64,000 nt of DNA from Eledone cirrhosa (lineage: Eukaryota): contig OZ024741.1 of NCBI GenBank assembly GCA_964016885.1, forward strand, positions 14,198,001-14,262,000, given 5' to 3'. This document shows, in pieces, positions 27,701-45,700 of the stretch. Under the pieces are notes generated by a model. That model worked only from the letters and a program-made list of their open reading frames with translations. It ran no database searches and was not told the origin of the DNA. Position numbers and translations under genes: made by a program. Positions within the stretch are counted from its first letter, which is position 1; every line of letters begins with the position of its first letter.

Positions 27701-30700
27701 ACGACACCACGCTCTATTCCCACGACACCACGTTCTATTCCCACTACACCACGCTCTATTCCCACGACACCACGTTCTATTCCCACTACACCACGCTCTA
27801 TTCACACTACACCACGCTCTATTCCCAAGACACCACGCTCTATTCCCACTACTCCACGCTCTATTCCCACGACACCACGCTCTATTCCCACGACACCACG
27901 CTCTATTCCCACGACACCACGCTCTATTCACACGACACCACGCTCTATTCCCACTACACAACGCTCTATTCCCACGACGTCACACCCTATTCCCACTACA
28001 CCACGCTCTATTCTCACTACTCCACGCTCTATTCACACTACTCCACGTTCTATTCCCACTACACCACGCCCTATTCACACTATACCATGCTCTATTCCCA
28101 CGACACCACGCTCTATTCCCACGACACCATGCTCTATTCACACTACTCCACGCTCTATTCCCACTACACCACGCTCTATTCCCACTACACCACGCTCTAT
28201 TCCCACGCCACCACGCCCTATTCCCACTACACCACGTTCTATTCCCACTACACCACGTTCTATTCACACTACACCACGCTCTATTTCCACTACACCACGC
28301 TCTATTCCCACTACACCACGCTCTATTCACACTACTCCACGCTCTATTCCCACGACACCAGGCTCTATTCACACTACACCACGCCCTATTCCCATTACTC
28401 CACGCTCTATTCCCACGACACCACGCTCTATTCACACTACACCACGCTCTATTCCCACGACACCACGCTCTATTCACACTACACCACGCTCTATTATCAC
28501 GACACCACGCCCTATTCCCACGACACCACGCTATATTCCCACGACACCACGCTCTATTCACACTACACCACGCTCTATTCCCACGACACCACGCTCTATT
28601 CACACTACACCACGCTCTATTCCCACTACACCACGCTCTATACTCACTACTCCACGCTCTATTCCCACTACACCACGCTCTATTCCCACTACACCACGCT
28701 CTATTCACACTACACCACGCTCTATTCACACTACACCACGCTCTATTCACACTACACCACGCCCTATTCCCACTACTCCACGCTCTATTCCCACGACACC
28801 ACGCCCTATTCACACTACACCACGCTCTATTCACACTACACCACGCTCTATTCACACTACACCACGCTCTATTCCCACGACACCACGTTCTATTCCCACT
28901 ACACCACGCTCTATTCCCACTACACCCCGCTCTATTCAAACTACACCACGCTCTATTCCATTACTCCACGCTCTATTCCCACGACACCACGCCCTATTCC
29001 CACGACACCACGCTCTATTCTCACTACTCCACGCCCTATTCACACTACACCACGCTCTATTCACACTACACCACGCCCTATTCCCATTACTCCACGCTCT
29101 ATTCCCACGACACCACGCTCTATTCCCACGACACCACGCTCTATTCTCACTACTCCACGCTCTATTCCCACGACACCACGCTCTATTCACACTACACCAC
29201 GCTCTATTCCCACTACATCGCGCCCTATTCACACTACACCACGCTCTATTCCCACTACACCACGCTCTATTCACACTATACCACGCTCTATTCCCACTAC
29301 ACCACGCTCTATTCACACTACACCACGCTCTATTCCCACGACACCACGCTCTATTCTTACGACACCACGTTCTATTCCCACTACACCACGCTCTATTCAC
29401 ACTACACCACGCTCTATTCCCACGACACCACGCTCTATTCACACTACACCACGCTCTATTCCCACTACACCACGCTCTATTCCAACTACACTACGCTCTA
29501 TTCCCACTACACCACGCTCTATTCACACGACACCACGCTCTATTCACACTACTCCACGCTCTATACCAACTACACCACGCTCTATTCACACTACACCACG
29601 CTCTATTCCCACTACACCACGCCCTATTCCCACTACACCACGCTCTATCCACACTACACCACGCTCTATTCCCACGACACTACGTTCTATTCCCACTACA
29701 CCACGCTCTATTCCCACGACACCACACTCTATTCCCACGACACCACGTTCTATTCCCAGGACACCCCGCTCTATACCCACGACACCACCTTCTATTCCCA
29801 CTACACCACGCTCTATTCACGCTACACCATGCTCTATTCCCACGACACCACGCTCTATTCCCACTACTCCAAGCTCTATTCCCACTACACCAAGCTCTAT
29901 TCCCACTACACCACGCTCTATTCCCACGAAACCACGTTCTATTCCCACGACACCACGCTCTATTCCCACGACACCACGTTCTATTCCCACTACACCACGC
30001 TCTATTCCCAATACACCACGCCCTATTCCCACTACACCACGCTCTATTCACACTACACCACGCTCTATTCCCACGACACCACGCTCTATTCCCACTACAC
30101 CACGCTCTATTCACACTACACCATGCTCTATTCCCACGACACCACGCTCTATTCCCACGACACCACGTTATATTCCCACTACACCACGCTCTATTCACAC
30201 TACACCACGCTCTATTCACACTACACCATGCTCTATTCCCACGACCCCACGCTCTATTTACACTACACCACGCTCTATTCACACTACACCACGCTCTATT
30301 CGCACTACACCATGTTCTATTCCCACGAGACCACGCCCTATTCCCACGACACAACGCCCTATGCCCACTACTTCACGCTCTATTCCCACTACACCAGGCT
30401 CTATTCCCACGATACCACGCTCTATTCTTACGACACCACGCTCTATTTCCACGACACCTCGTTCTATTCCCACTACACCACGCTCTATTCCCACTACACC
30501 ACGCCCTATTCCCACTACACCACGCTCTATTCACACTACACCACGCTCTATTCCCACTACACCACGCTCTATTCCCACTACACCACGCTCTATTCCCACT
30601 ACACCACGCTCTATTCCCACTACACCACGCTCTATTCCCACTACACCACTCTCTATTCACACTACACCACGCTCTATTCGCACTACACCATGTTCTATTC

Positions 30701-33700
30701 CCACGACACCACGCTATATTCCTACGACACCACGCTCTATTCCCACTACTCCACGCTCTATTCCCACGACACAACGCTCTATTCCCACCACACCACGCTC
30801 TATTCACACTACACCACACTCTATTCCCACTACACCACGTTCTATTCACACTACACCAAGCTCTATTCACACTACACCACGCTCTATTCCCACTACACCA
30901 CGCTCTATTCCCACTACACCACGCTCTATTCCCACTACACCGCGCCCTATTCACACTACACCACGCTCTATTCCCACTACACCACGCTCTATTCACACTA
31001 CACCACGCTCTATTCCCACTACACCACGCTCTATTCACACTACACCACGCTCTATTCACACTACACCACGCTCTATTCTTACGACACCACGCTCTATTCT
31101 CACGACACCACGTTCTATTCCCACTACACCACGCTCTATTCACACTACACCACGCTCTATTCCCACGACACCACGCTCTATTCACACTACACCACGCTCT
31201 ATTCCCACTACACCACGTTCTATTCCCACGACACCACGCTCTATTCCCACTACACCACGCTCTATTCACACTACACCACGCTCTATTCACACTACACCAC
31301 GCTCTATTCTTACGACACCACGTTCTATTTCCACTACACCACGCTCTATTCACACTACACCACGCTCTATTCCCACGACACCACGCTCTATTCCCACTAC
31401 ACCACGCTCTATTCCCACTACACCACGCTCTATTCACACTACACCACGGTCTATTCCCACGACACCACGCTCTATTCACACTACTCCACGCTCTATTCCA
31501 ACTACACCACGCTCTATTCACACTACACCACGCTCTATTCCCACTACACCACGCCCTATTCCCACTACACCACGCCCTATTCCCACTACACCACGCTCTA
31601 TTCACACTACACCACGCTCTATTCCCACGACACTACGTTCTATTCCCACTACACCACGCTCTATTCCCACGACACCACACTCTATTCCCACGACACCACG
31701 TTCTATTCCCACGACACCACGCTCTATACCCACGACACCACGTTCTATTCCCACTACACCACGCTCTATTCAGGCTACACCATGCTCTATTCCCACGACA
31801 CCACGCTCTATTCCCACTACTCCAAGCTCTATTCCCACTACACCACGCTCTATTCCCACGACACCACGTTCTATTCCCACGACACCACGCTCTATTCCCA
31901 CGACACCACGTTCTATTCCCACTACACCACGCTCTATTCCCACTACACCACGCCCTATTCCCACTACACCACGCTCTATTCACACTACACCACGCCCTAT
32001 TCACACGACACCACGCTCTATTCCCACTACACCACGCTCTATTCACACTACACCATGCCCTATTCCCACGACACCACGCTCTATTCCCACGACACCACGT
32101 TATATTCCCACTACACCACGCTCTATTCACACTACACCACGCTCTATTCACACTACACCAAGCTCTATTCACACTACACCACGCTCTATTCCCACGACAC
32201 CACGCTCTATTCCCACTACACCACGCTCTATTCACACAACACCATGCTCTATACCCACGACACCACGCTCTATTCCCACGACACCACGCTCTATTCCCAC
32301 GACACCACGCTCTATTCCCACGACACCACGCTCTATTCCCACTACACCACGCTCTATTCAAACTACACCATGCTCTATTCCCACGACACCACGCTCTATT
32401 CCCACGACACCACGTTCTATTCCCACTACACCACGCTCTATTCACACTACACCACGCTCTATTCACACTACACCATGCTCTATTCACACTACACCACGCT
32501 CTATTCCCACGAAACCATGCTCTATTCCCACGACACCACGCTCTTTTCCCACGACACCACGTTCTATTCCCACTACACCACGCTCTATTCACACTACATC
32601 ACGCTCTATTCCCACGACACCACGCTCTATTCCCACGACACCACGTTCTATTCCCACTACACAACGCTCTATTCCCACGACACCACGCTCTATTCCCACA
32701 ACACCACGCTCTATTCCCACTACGCCACGCTCTATTCACACTACACCACGCTCTATTCCCACGACACCACGCTCTATTCACACTACTCCACGCTCTATTC
32801 CAACTACACCACGCTCTATTCACACTACACCACGCTCTATTCCCACTACACCACGCCCTATTCCCACTACACCACGCCCTATTCCCACTACACCACGCTC
32901 TATTCACACTACACCACGCTCTATTCCCACGACACTACGTTCTATTCCCACTACACCACGCTCTATTCCCACGACACCACACTCTATTCCCACGACACCA
33001 CGTTCTATTCCCACGACACCACGCTCTATACCCACGACACCACGTTCTATTCCCACTACACCACGCTCTATTCACGCTACACCATGCTCTATTCCCACGA
33101 CACCACGTTCTATTCCCACTACACCACGCTCTATTCACACTACGCCACGCTCTATTCCCACGACACCACGCTCTATTCCCACTACACCACGTTCTATTCC
33201 CACTACACCACGCTCTATTCACACTACACCACGCTCTATTCCCACGACACCACGCTCTATTCACACTACACCACTCTCTATTCCCACTACACCACGCTCT
33301 ATACTCACTACTCCACGCTCTATTCCCACTACACCACGCTCTATTCCCACTACACCACGTTCTATTCACACTACACCACGCTCTATTCACACTACACCAC
33401 GCTCTATTCACACTACACCACGCCCTATTCCCACTACTCCACGCTCTATTCCCACGACACCACGCCCTATTCACACTACACCACGCTCTATTCACACTAC
33501 ACCACGCTCTATTCACACTCCACCACGCTCTATTCCCACGACACCACGTTCTATTCCCACTACACCACGCTCTATTCCCACTACACCACGCTCTATTCAA
33601 ATTACACCACGCTCTATTCCCATTACTCCACGCTCTATTCCCACGACGCCACGCTCTATTCCCACGACACCACGCTCTATTCTCACTACTCCACGCCCTA

Positions 33701-36700
33701 TTCACACTACACCACGCTCTATTCACACTACACCACGCCCTATTCCCATTACTCCACGCTCTATTCCCACGACACCACGCTCTATTCCCACGACACCACG
33801 CTCTATTCTCACTACTCCACGCTCTATTCCCACGACACCACGCTCTATTCACACTACACCACGCTCTATTCCCACTACATCGCGCCCTATTCACACTACA
33901 CCACGCTCTATTCCCACTACACCACGCTCTATTCACACTACACCACGCTCTATTCCCAATACACCACGCTCTATTCACACTACACCACGCTCTATTCCCA
34001 CGACACCACGCTCTATTCTTACGACACCACGTTCTATTCCCACTACACCACGCTCTATTCACACTACACCACGCTCTATTCCCACGACACCACGCTCTAT
34101 TCACACTACACCACGCTCTATTCCCACTACACCACGTTCTATTCCCACGACACCACGCTCTATTCCCACTACACCACGCTCTATTCACACTACACCACGC
34201 TCTATTCACACTACACCACGCTCTATTCCCACTACACCACGCTCTATTCCCACTACACCACGCTCTATTCCCACTACACCACGCCCTATTCACACTACAA
34301 CACGCTCTATTCCCACTACACCACGCTCTATTCCCACTACTCCAAGCTCTATTCCCACTACACCACGCTCTATTCCCACGACACCACGTTCTATTCCCAC
34401 GACACCACGCTCTATTCCCACGACACCACGTTCTATTCCCACTACACCACGCTCTATTCCCACTACACCACGCCCTATTCCCACTACACCACGCTCTATT
34501 CACACTACACCACGCTCTATTCCCACGACACCACGCTCTATTCCCACTACACCACGCTCTATTCACACTACACCATGCCCTATTCCCACGACACCACGCT
34601 CTATTCCCACGACACCACGTTATATTCCCACTACACCACGCTCTATTCACACTACACCACGCTCTATTCACACTACACCATGCTCTATTCACACTACACC
34701 ACGCTCTATTCCCACGACACCACGCTCTATTCCCACTACACCACGCTCTATTCACACTACACCATGCTCTATACCCACGACACCACGCTCTATTCCCACG
34801 ACACCACGCTCTATTCCCACGACACCACGCTCTATTCCCACGACACCACGCTCTATTCCCACTACACCACGCTCTATTAAAACTACACCATGCTCTATTC
34901 CCACGACACCACGCTCTATTCCCACGACACCACGTTCTATTCCCACTACACCACGCTCTATTCACACTACACCACGCTCTATTCACACTACACCATGCTC
35001 TATTCACACTACACCACGCTCTATTCCCACGACACCATGCTCTATTCCCACGACACCACGCTCTATTCCCATGACACCACGTTCTATTCCCACTACACCA
35101 CGCTCTATTCACACTACACCACGCTCTATTCCCACGACACCACGCTCTATTCCCACGACACCACGTTCTATTCCCACTACACAACGCTCTATTCTCACGA
35201 CACCACGCTCTATTCCCACGACACCACGCTATATTCCCACTACACCACGCTCTATTCCCACGACACCACGCTCTATTCCCACTACACCACGCTCTATTCT
35301 TACTACACCACGTTCTATTCCCACTACACCACGCTCTATTCACACTACACCACGCTCTATTCCAACTACACCACGCTCTATTCAAACTACACCACGCTCT
35401 ATTCCCACGACACCACGCTCTATTCCCACTACACCACGTTATATTCCCAGTACACCACGCTCTATTCACACTACACAACGCTCTATTCCAACTACACCAC
35501 GCTCTATTCCCACTACACCATGCTATTCCCACTACACCACGCTCTATTCACACTACACCACGCTCTATTCACAATACACCACGCTCTATTCCCACGACAC
35601 CACGCTCTATTCCCACGACACCACGTTCTATTCCCACTACACCACGCTCTATTCACACTACGCCACGCTCTATTCCCACGACACCACGCTCTATTCCCAC
35701 TACACCACGTTCTATTCCCACTACACCACGCTCTATTCACACTACACCACGCTCTATTCCCACGACACCACGCTCTATTCACACTACACCACGCTCTATT
35801 CACACTACACCACTCTCTATTCCCACTACACCACGCTCTATACTCACTACTCCACGCTCTATTCCCACTACACCACGCTCTATTCCCACTACACCACGTT
35901 CTATTCACACTACACCACGCTCTATTCACACTACACCACGCTCTATTCACACTACACCACGCCCTATTCCCACTACTCCACGCTCTATTCCCACGACACC
36001 ACGCCCTATTCACACTACACCACGCTCTATTCACACTACACCACGCTCTATTCACACTCCACCACGCTCTATTCCCACGACACCACGTTCTATTCCCACT
36101 ACACCACGCTCTATTCCCACTACACCACGCTCTATTCAAATTACACCACGCTCTATTCCCATTACTCCACGCTCTATTCCCACGACACCACGCTCTATTC
36201 TCACTACTCCACGCCCTATTCACACTACACCACGCTCTATTCACACTACACCACGCCCTATTCCCATTACTCCACGCTCTATTCCCACGACACCACGCTC
36301 TATTCCCACGACACCACGCTCTATTCTCACTACTCCACGCTCTATTCCCACGACACCACGCTCTATTCACACTACACCACGCTCTATTCCCACTACATCG
36401 CGCCCTATTCACACTACACCACGCTCTATTCCCACTACACCACGCTCTATTCACACTACACCACGCTCTATTCCCAATACACCACGCTCTATTCACACTA
36501 CACCACGCTCTATTCCCACGACACCACGCTCTATTCTTACGACACCACGTTCTATTCCCACTACACCACGCTCTATTCACACTACACCACGCTCTATTCC
36601 CACGACACCACGCTCTATTCACACTACACCACGCTCTATTCCCACTACACCACGTTCTATTCCCACGACACCACGCTCTATTCCCACTACACCACGCTCT

Positions 36701-39700
36701 ATTCACACTACACCACGCTCTATTCACACTACACCACGCTCTATTCCCACTACACCACGCTCTATTCCCACTACACCACGCTCTATTCCCACTACACCAC
36801 GCCCTATTCACACTACAACACGCTCTATTCCCACTACACCACGCTCTATTCACACTACACCACGCTCTATTCTTACGACACCACGTTCTATTCCCACTAC
36901 ACCACGCTCTATTCACACTACACCACGCTCTATTCCCACGACACCACGCTCTATTCACACTACACCACGCTCTATTCACACTACACCACGCTCTATTCCA
37001 ACTACACTACGCTCTATTCCCACTACACCACGCTCTATTCACACGACACCACGCTCTATTCACACTACTCCACGCTCTATACCAACTACACCACGCTCTA
37101 TTCACACTACACCACGCTCTATTCCCACTACACCACGCCCTATTCCAACTACACCACGCTCTATCCACACTACACCACGCTCTATTCCCACGACACTACG
37201 TTCTATTCCCACTATACCACGCTCTATTCCCACGACACCACACTATTCCCACGACACCACGTTCTATTCCCAGGACACCACGCTCTATACCCACGACACC
37301 ACCTTCTATTCCCACTACACCACGCTCTATTCACGCTACACCATGCTCTATTCCCACGACACCACGCTCTATTCCCACTACTCCAAGCTCTATTCCCACT
37401 ACACCAAGCTCTATTCCCACTACACCACGCTCTATTCCCACGAAACCACGTTCTATTCCCACGACACCACGCTCTATTCCCACGACACCACGTTCTATTC
37501 CCACTACACCACGCTCTATTCCCAATACACCACGCCCTATTCCCACTACACCACGCTCTATTCACATTACACCACGCTCTATTCCCACGACACCACGCTC
37601 TATTCCCACTACACCACGCTCTATTCACACTACACCATGCTCTATTCCCACGACACCACGCCCTATTCCCACGACACCACGTTATATTCCCACTACACCA
37701 CGCTCTATTCACACTACACCACGCTCTATTCACACTACACCATGCTCTATTCGCACGACCCCACGCTCTATTTACACTACACCACGCTCTATTCACACTA
37801 CACCACGCTCTATTCGCACTACACCATGTTCTATTCCCACGACACCACGCCCTATTCCCACGACACAACGCCCTATTCCCACTACTTCACGCTCTATTCC
37901 CACTACACCAGGCTCTATTCCCACGATACCAGGCTCTATTCTTACGACACCACGCTCTATTTCCACGACACCACGTTCTATTCCCACTACACCACGCTCT
38001 ATTCCCACTACACCACGCCCTATTCCCACTACACCACGCTCTATTCACACTACACCACGCTCTATTCCCACTACACCACGCTCTATTCCCACTACACCAC
38101 GCTCTATTCCCACTACACCACGCTCTATTCCCACTACACCACGCTCTATTCCCACTACACCACGCTCTATTCACACTACACCACGCTCTATTCGCACTAC
38201 ACCATGTTCTATTCCCACGACACCACGCTATATTCCCACGACACCACGCTCTATTCCCACTACTCCACGCTCTATTCCCACGACACAACGCTCTATTCCC
38301 ACCACACCACGCACTATTCACACTACACCACGCTCTATTCCCACTACACCACGCTCTATTCACACTACACCAAGCTCTATTCACACTACACCACGCTCTA
38401 TTCCCACTACACCACGCTCTATTCCCACTACACCACGCTCTATTCCCACTACACCGCGCCCTATTCCCACTACACCACGCTCTATTCCCACTACACCACA
38501 CTCTATTCACACTACACCACGCTCTATTCCCACTACACCACGCTCTATTCACACTACACCACGCTCTATTCACACTACACCACGCTCTATTCTTACGACA
38601 CCACGCTATATTCTCACGACACCACGTTCTATTCCCACTACACCACGCTCTATTCACACTACACCACGCTCTATTCCCACGACACCACGCTCTATTCACA
38701 CTACACCACGCTCTATTCCCACTACACCACGTTCTATTCCCACGACACCACGCTCTATTCCCACTACACCACGCTCTATTCCCACGACACCACGTTCTAT
38801 TCCCACGACACCACGCTCTATTCCCACGACACCACGTTCTATTCACACTACACCACGCTCTATTAACACTACACCACGCCCTATTCCCACTACACCACGC
38901 TCTATTCACACTACACCACGCTCTATTCCCACGACACCACGCTCTATTCCCACTACACCACGCTCTATTCACACTACACCATGCTCTATTCCCACTACAC
39001 CACGCTCTATTCCCACTACACCACGTTCTATTCCCACGACACCACGCTCTATTCCCACTACACCACGCTCTATTCACACTACACCACGCTCTATTCACAC
39101 TACACCACGCTCTATTCTTACGACACCACGTTCTATTTCCACTACACCACGCTCTATTCACACTACACCACGCTCTATTCCCACGACACCACGCTCTATT
39201 CCCACTACACCACGCTCTATTCCCACTACACCACGCTCTATTCCCACTACACCACGCTCTATTCACACTACACCACGCTCTATTCCCACGACACCACGCT
39301 CTATTCACACTACTCCACGCTCTATTCCAACTACACCACGCTCTATTCACACTACACCACGCTCTATTCACGCTACACCATGCTCTATTCCCACTACACC
39401 AAGCTCTATTCCCACTACACCACGCTCTATTCCCACGACACCACGTTCTATTCCCACGACACCACGCTCTATTCCCACGACACCACGTTCTATTCACACT
39501 ACACCACGCTCTATTAACACTACACCACGCCCTATTCCCACTACACCACGCTCTATTCACACGACACCACGCTCTATTCCCACTACACCACGCTCTATTC
39601 ACACTACACCATGCTCTATACCCACGACACCACGCTCTATTCCCACGACACCACGCTCTATTCCCACGACACCACGCTCTATTCCCACGACACCACGCTC

Positions 39701-42700
39701 TATTCCCACTACACCACGCTCTATTCAAACTACACCACGCTCTATTCCCACGACACCACGCTCTATTCACACTACTCCACGCTCTATTCCAACTACACCA
39801 CGCTCTATTCACACTACACCACGCTCTATTCCCACTACACCACGCCCTATTCCCACTACACCACGCCCTATTCCCACTACACCACGCTCTATTCACACTA
39901 CACCACGCTCTATTCCCACGACACCACGTTCTATTCCCACTACACCACGCTCTATTCCCACGACACCACACTCTATTCCCACGACACCACGTTCTATTCC
40001 CACGACACCACGCTCTATACCCACGACACCACGTTCTATTCCCACTACACCACGCTCTATTCACGCTACACCATGCTCTATTCCCACGACACCACGCTCT
40101 ATTCCCACTACTCCAAGCTCTATTCCCACTACACCAAGCTCTATTCCCACTACACCACGCTCTATTCCCACGACACCACGTTCTATTCCCACGACACCAC
40201 GCTCTATTCCCACGACACCACGTTCTATTCCCACTACACCACGCTCTATTCCCACTACACCACGCCCTATTCCCAATACACCACGCTCTATTCACACTAC
40301 ACCACGCTCTATTCCCACGACACCACGCTCTATTCCCACTACACCACGCTCTATTCACACTACACCATGCTCTATTCCCACGACACCATGCTCTATTCCC
40401 ACGACACCACGCTCTATTCCCACTACACCACGCTCTATTCACACTACACCACGCTCTATTCACACTACACCATGCTCTATTCACACTACACCACGCTCTA
40501 TTCCCACGACACCACGCTCTATTCCCACTACACCACGCTCTATTCACACTACACAATGCTCTATACCCACGACACCACGCTCTATTCCCACGACACCACG
40601 CTCTATTCCCACGACACCACGCTCTATTCCCACGACACCACGCTCTATTCCCACTACACCACGCCCTATTCCCACTACACCACGCCCTATTCCCACTACA
40701 CCACGCTCTATTCACACTACACCACGCTCTATTCCCACGACACTACGTTCTATTCCCACTACACCACGCTCTATTCCCACGACACCACACTCTATTCCCA
40801 CGACACCACGTTCTATTCCCACGACACCACGCTCTATACCCACGACACCACGTTCTATTCCCACTACACCACGCTCTATTCACGCTACACCATGCTCTAT
40901 TCCCACGACACCACGCTCTATTCCCACTACTCCAAGCTCTATTCCCACTACACCAAGCTCTATTCCCACTACACCACGCTCTATTCCCACGACACCACGC
41001 TCTATACCCACGACACCACGTTCTATTCCCACTACACCACGCTCTATTCACGCTACACCATGCTCTATTCCCACGACACCACGCTCTATTCCCACTACTC
41101 CAAGCTCTATTCCCACTACACCAAGCTCTATTCCCACTACACCACGCTCTATTCCCACGACACCACGTTCTATTCCCACGACACCACGCTCTATTCCCAC
41201 GACACCACGTTCTATTCCCACTACACCACGCTCTATTCCCACTACACCACGCCCTATTCCCACTACACCACGCTCTATTCACACTACACCACGCTCTATT
41301 CCCACGACACCACGCTCTATTCCCACTACACCACGCTCTATTCACACTACACCATGCTCTATTCCCACGACACCACGCTCTATTCCCACGACACCACGTT
41401 ATATTCCCACTACACCACGCTCTATTCACACTACACCACGCTCTATTCACACTACACCATGCTCTATTCACACTACACCACGCTCTATTCCCACGACACC
41501 ACGCTCTATTGCCACTACACCACGCTCTATTCACACTACACCATGCTCTATACCCACGACACCACGCTCTATTCCCACGACACCACGCTCTATTCCCACG
41601 ACACCACGCTCTATTCCCACGACACCACGCTCTATTCCCACTACACCACGTTCTATTCAAACTACACCACGCTCTATTCCCACGACACCACGCTCTATTC
41701 ACACTACTCCACGATCTATTCCAACTACACCACGCTCTATTCACACTACACCACGCTCTATTCCCACTACACCACGCCCTATTCCCACTACACCACACCC
41801 TATTCCCACTACACCACGCTCTATTCACACTACACCACGCTCTATTCCCACGACACTACGTTCTATTCCCACTACACCACGCTCTATTCCCACGACACCC
41901 CACTCTATTCCCACGACACCACGTTCTATTCCCACGACACCACGCTCTATACCCACGACACCACGTTCTATTCCCACTACACCACGCTCTATTCACGCTA
42001 CACCATACTCTATTCCCACGACACCACGCTCTATTCCCACTACTCCAAGCTCTATTCCCACTACACCAAGCTCTATTCCCACTACACCACGCTCTATTCC
42101 CACGACACCACGTTCTATTCCCACGACACCACGCTCTATTCCCACGACACCACGTTCTATTCCCACTACACCACGCTCTATTCCCACTACACCACGCCCT
42201 ATTCCCACTACACCACGCTCTATTCACACTACACCACGCTCTAGTCCCACGACACCACGCTCTATTCCCACTACACCACGCTCTATTCACACTGCATCAC
42301 GCTCTATTCCCACGACACCACGCTCTATTCCCACGACACCACGTTATATTCCCACTACACCACGCTCTATTCACACTACACCACGCTCTATTCACACTAC
42401 ACCATGCTCTATTCACACTACACCACGCTCTATTCCCACGACACCACGCTCTATTCCCACTACACCACGCTCTATTCACACTACACCATGCTCTATACCC
42501 ACAAACACCACGCTCTATTCCCACGACACCACGCTCTATTCCCACGACACCATGCTCAATTCCCACGACACCACGCTCTATTCCCACTACACCACGCTCT
42601 ATTCAAACTACACCATGCTCTATTCCCACTACACCACGCTCTATTCCCACTACACCATGCTATTCCCACTACACCACGGTCTATTCCCACTACACCACGC

Positions 42701-45700
42701 TCTATTCCCACTACACCACGCTCTATTCACACTACACCACGCTCTATTGCCACGACACCACGGTCTATTCCCACTACACCACGCTCTATTCCCACTACAC
42801 CACGCTCTATTCACACTACACCACGCTCTATTCCCACGACACAACGCTCTATTCCCACTACACCACGCTCTATTCCCACTACACCACGCTCTATTCACAC
42901 TACACCACGCTCTATTCACACTACACCACGCTCTATTCCCACTACACCACGCTCTATTCCCACTACACCACGCTCTATTCACACTACACCACGCTCTATT
43001 CCCACGACACCACGTTCTATTCCCACTACACCACGCTCTATTCACACTACACCACGCTCTATTCCCACTACACCACGCTCTATTCCCACTACACCACGTT
43101 CTATTCACACTACACCACGCTCTATTCACACTACACCACGCTCTATTCCCACTACACCACGCTCTATTCCCACTACAACACGTTCTATTCACACTACACC
43201 ACGTTCTATTCACACTACACCACGCTCTATTCACACTACACCACGCTCTATTCCCACTACACCACGCTCTATTCCCACTACACCACGCTCTATTCCCACT
43301 ACACCATGCTATTCCCACTACACCACGTTCTATTCACACTACACCACGCTCTATTCACACTACACCACGCTCTATTCCCACTACACCACGCTCTATTCCC
43401 ACTACACCACGCTCTATTCCCACTACACCACGTTCTATTCCCACTACACCACGCTCTATTCACACTACACCACGCTCTATTCCCACTACACCACGCTCTA
43501 TTCCCACTACACCACGTTCTATTCACACTACACCACGCTCTATTCCCACGACACCACGCTCTATTCACACTACACCACGCTCTATTCACACTACACCACG
43601 CTCTATTCCCACGACACCACGTTCTATTACCACTACACCATGCTCTATTCCCACGACACCACGCTCTATTCCCACGACACCACGCTCTATTCACACTACA
43701 CCACGCTCTATTCACACTACACCACGCTCTATTCCCACGACACCACGGTCTATTCCCACTACACCACGCTCTATTCCCACTACACCACGCTCTATTCACA
43801 CTACACCACGCTCTATTCCCACGACACAACGCTCTATTCCCACTACACCACGCTCTATTCCCACTACACCACGCTCTATTCACACTACACCACGCTCTAT
43901 TCACACTACACCACGCTCTATTCCACTACACCACGCTCTATTCCCACTACACCACGCTCTATTCCCACTACACCACGCCCTATTCACACTACACCACGCT
44001 CTATTCCCACTACACCACGCTCTATTCACACTACACCACGCTCTATTCCCACGACACCACGCTCTATTCCTACGACACCACGTTCTATTCCCACTACACC
44101 ACGCTCTATTCACACTACACCATGCTCTATTCACACTACACCACGCTCTATTCCCACTACACCATGCTCTATTCCCACGACACCACGTTCTATTCCCACT
44201 ACATCACGCTCTATTCACACTACACCACGCTCTATTCCCACGACACCACGCTCTATTCCCACTACACGACGCTCTACTCACACTACACCATGCTCTATTC
44301 CCACGACACCACGCTCTATTCCCACGACACCACGTTCTATTCCCACGATACCACGCTCTATTTACACTACACCATGCTTTATTCCCACGACACCACGCTC
44401 TATTCCCACGACACCACGCTCTATTCCCACGACACCACGCTCTATTCCCACTACACCACGCCCTATTTCCACTACACCACGCTCTATTCCCACTACACCA
44501 CGCTCTATTCCCACTACACCACGCTCTATTCCCACTACACCACGCTCTATTCCCACTACACCACGTTCTGTTCCCACTACACCACGCTCTATTCACACTA
44601 CACCACGCTCTATTCCCACGACACCACGCTCTATTCTTACGACACCACGTTCTATTCCCACTACACCACGCTCTATTCACACTACACCATGTTCTATTCA
44701 CACTACACCACGCTCTATTCCCACGACACCACGTTCTATTCCCACTACACCACGCTCTATTCACACTACACCACGCTCTATTCCCACGACACCACGCTCT
44801 ATTCCCACTACTCCACGCTCTATTCCCACGACACCACGCTCTATTCCCACGACACCACGCTCTATTCCCACGACACCACGCTCTATTCACACGACACCAC
44901 GCTCTATTCACACGACACCACGCTCTATTCCCACTACACCACGCTCTATTCCCACTACACCACGCTCTATTCCCACTACACCACGTTCTATTCACACTAC
45001 ACCACGCTCTATTCCCACGACACTACGCTCTATTCACACTACACCACGCTCTAATCCCACGACACCACGCTCTATTCACACTACACCACGCTCTATTCCC
45101 ACGACACCACGCTCTATTAACACTACACCACGGTCTATTCACACTACACCACGCTCTATTCCCACGACACCACGCTCTATTCACACTACACCACGCTCTA
45201 TTCCCACGACACCACGCTCTATTCACACTACACCACGCTCTATTCCCACTACACAACGCTCTATTCACACTACACCACGCTCTATTCCCACTACACCACG
45301 CTCTATTCCCATGACACCACGCTCTATTAACACTACACCACGCTCTATTCCCACGACACCACGCTCTATTCCCACGACACCACTCTCTATTCCCACTACA
45401 CCACGCTCTATTCACACTACACCACGCTCTATTCCCACTACACCACGCTCTATTCCCACTACACCACGCTCTATTCCCACTACACCACGCTCTATTCACA
45501 CTACACCACGCTCTATTCCAACGACACCACGCTCTATTCCCACGACACCACGCTCTATTCCCACGACACCACGCTCTATTCCCACTACACCACGCTCTAT
45601 TCCCACGACACCACGTTCTATTCCCACTACACCACGCTCCATTCCCACTACACCACGCTCCATTCCCACTACACCACGCTCCATTCCCACTACACCACGC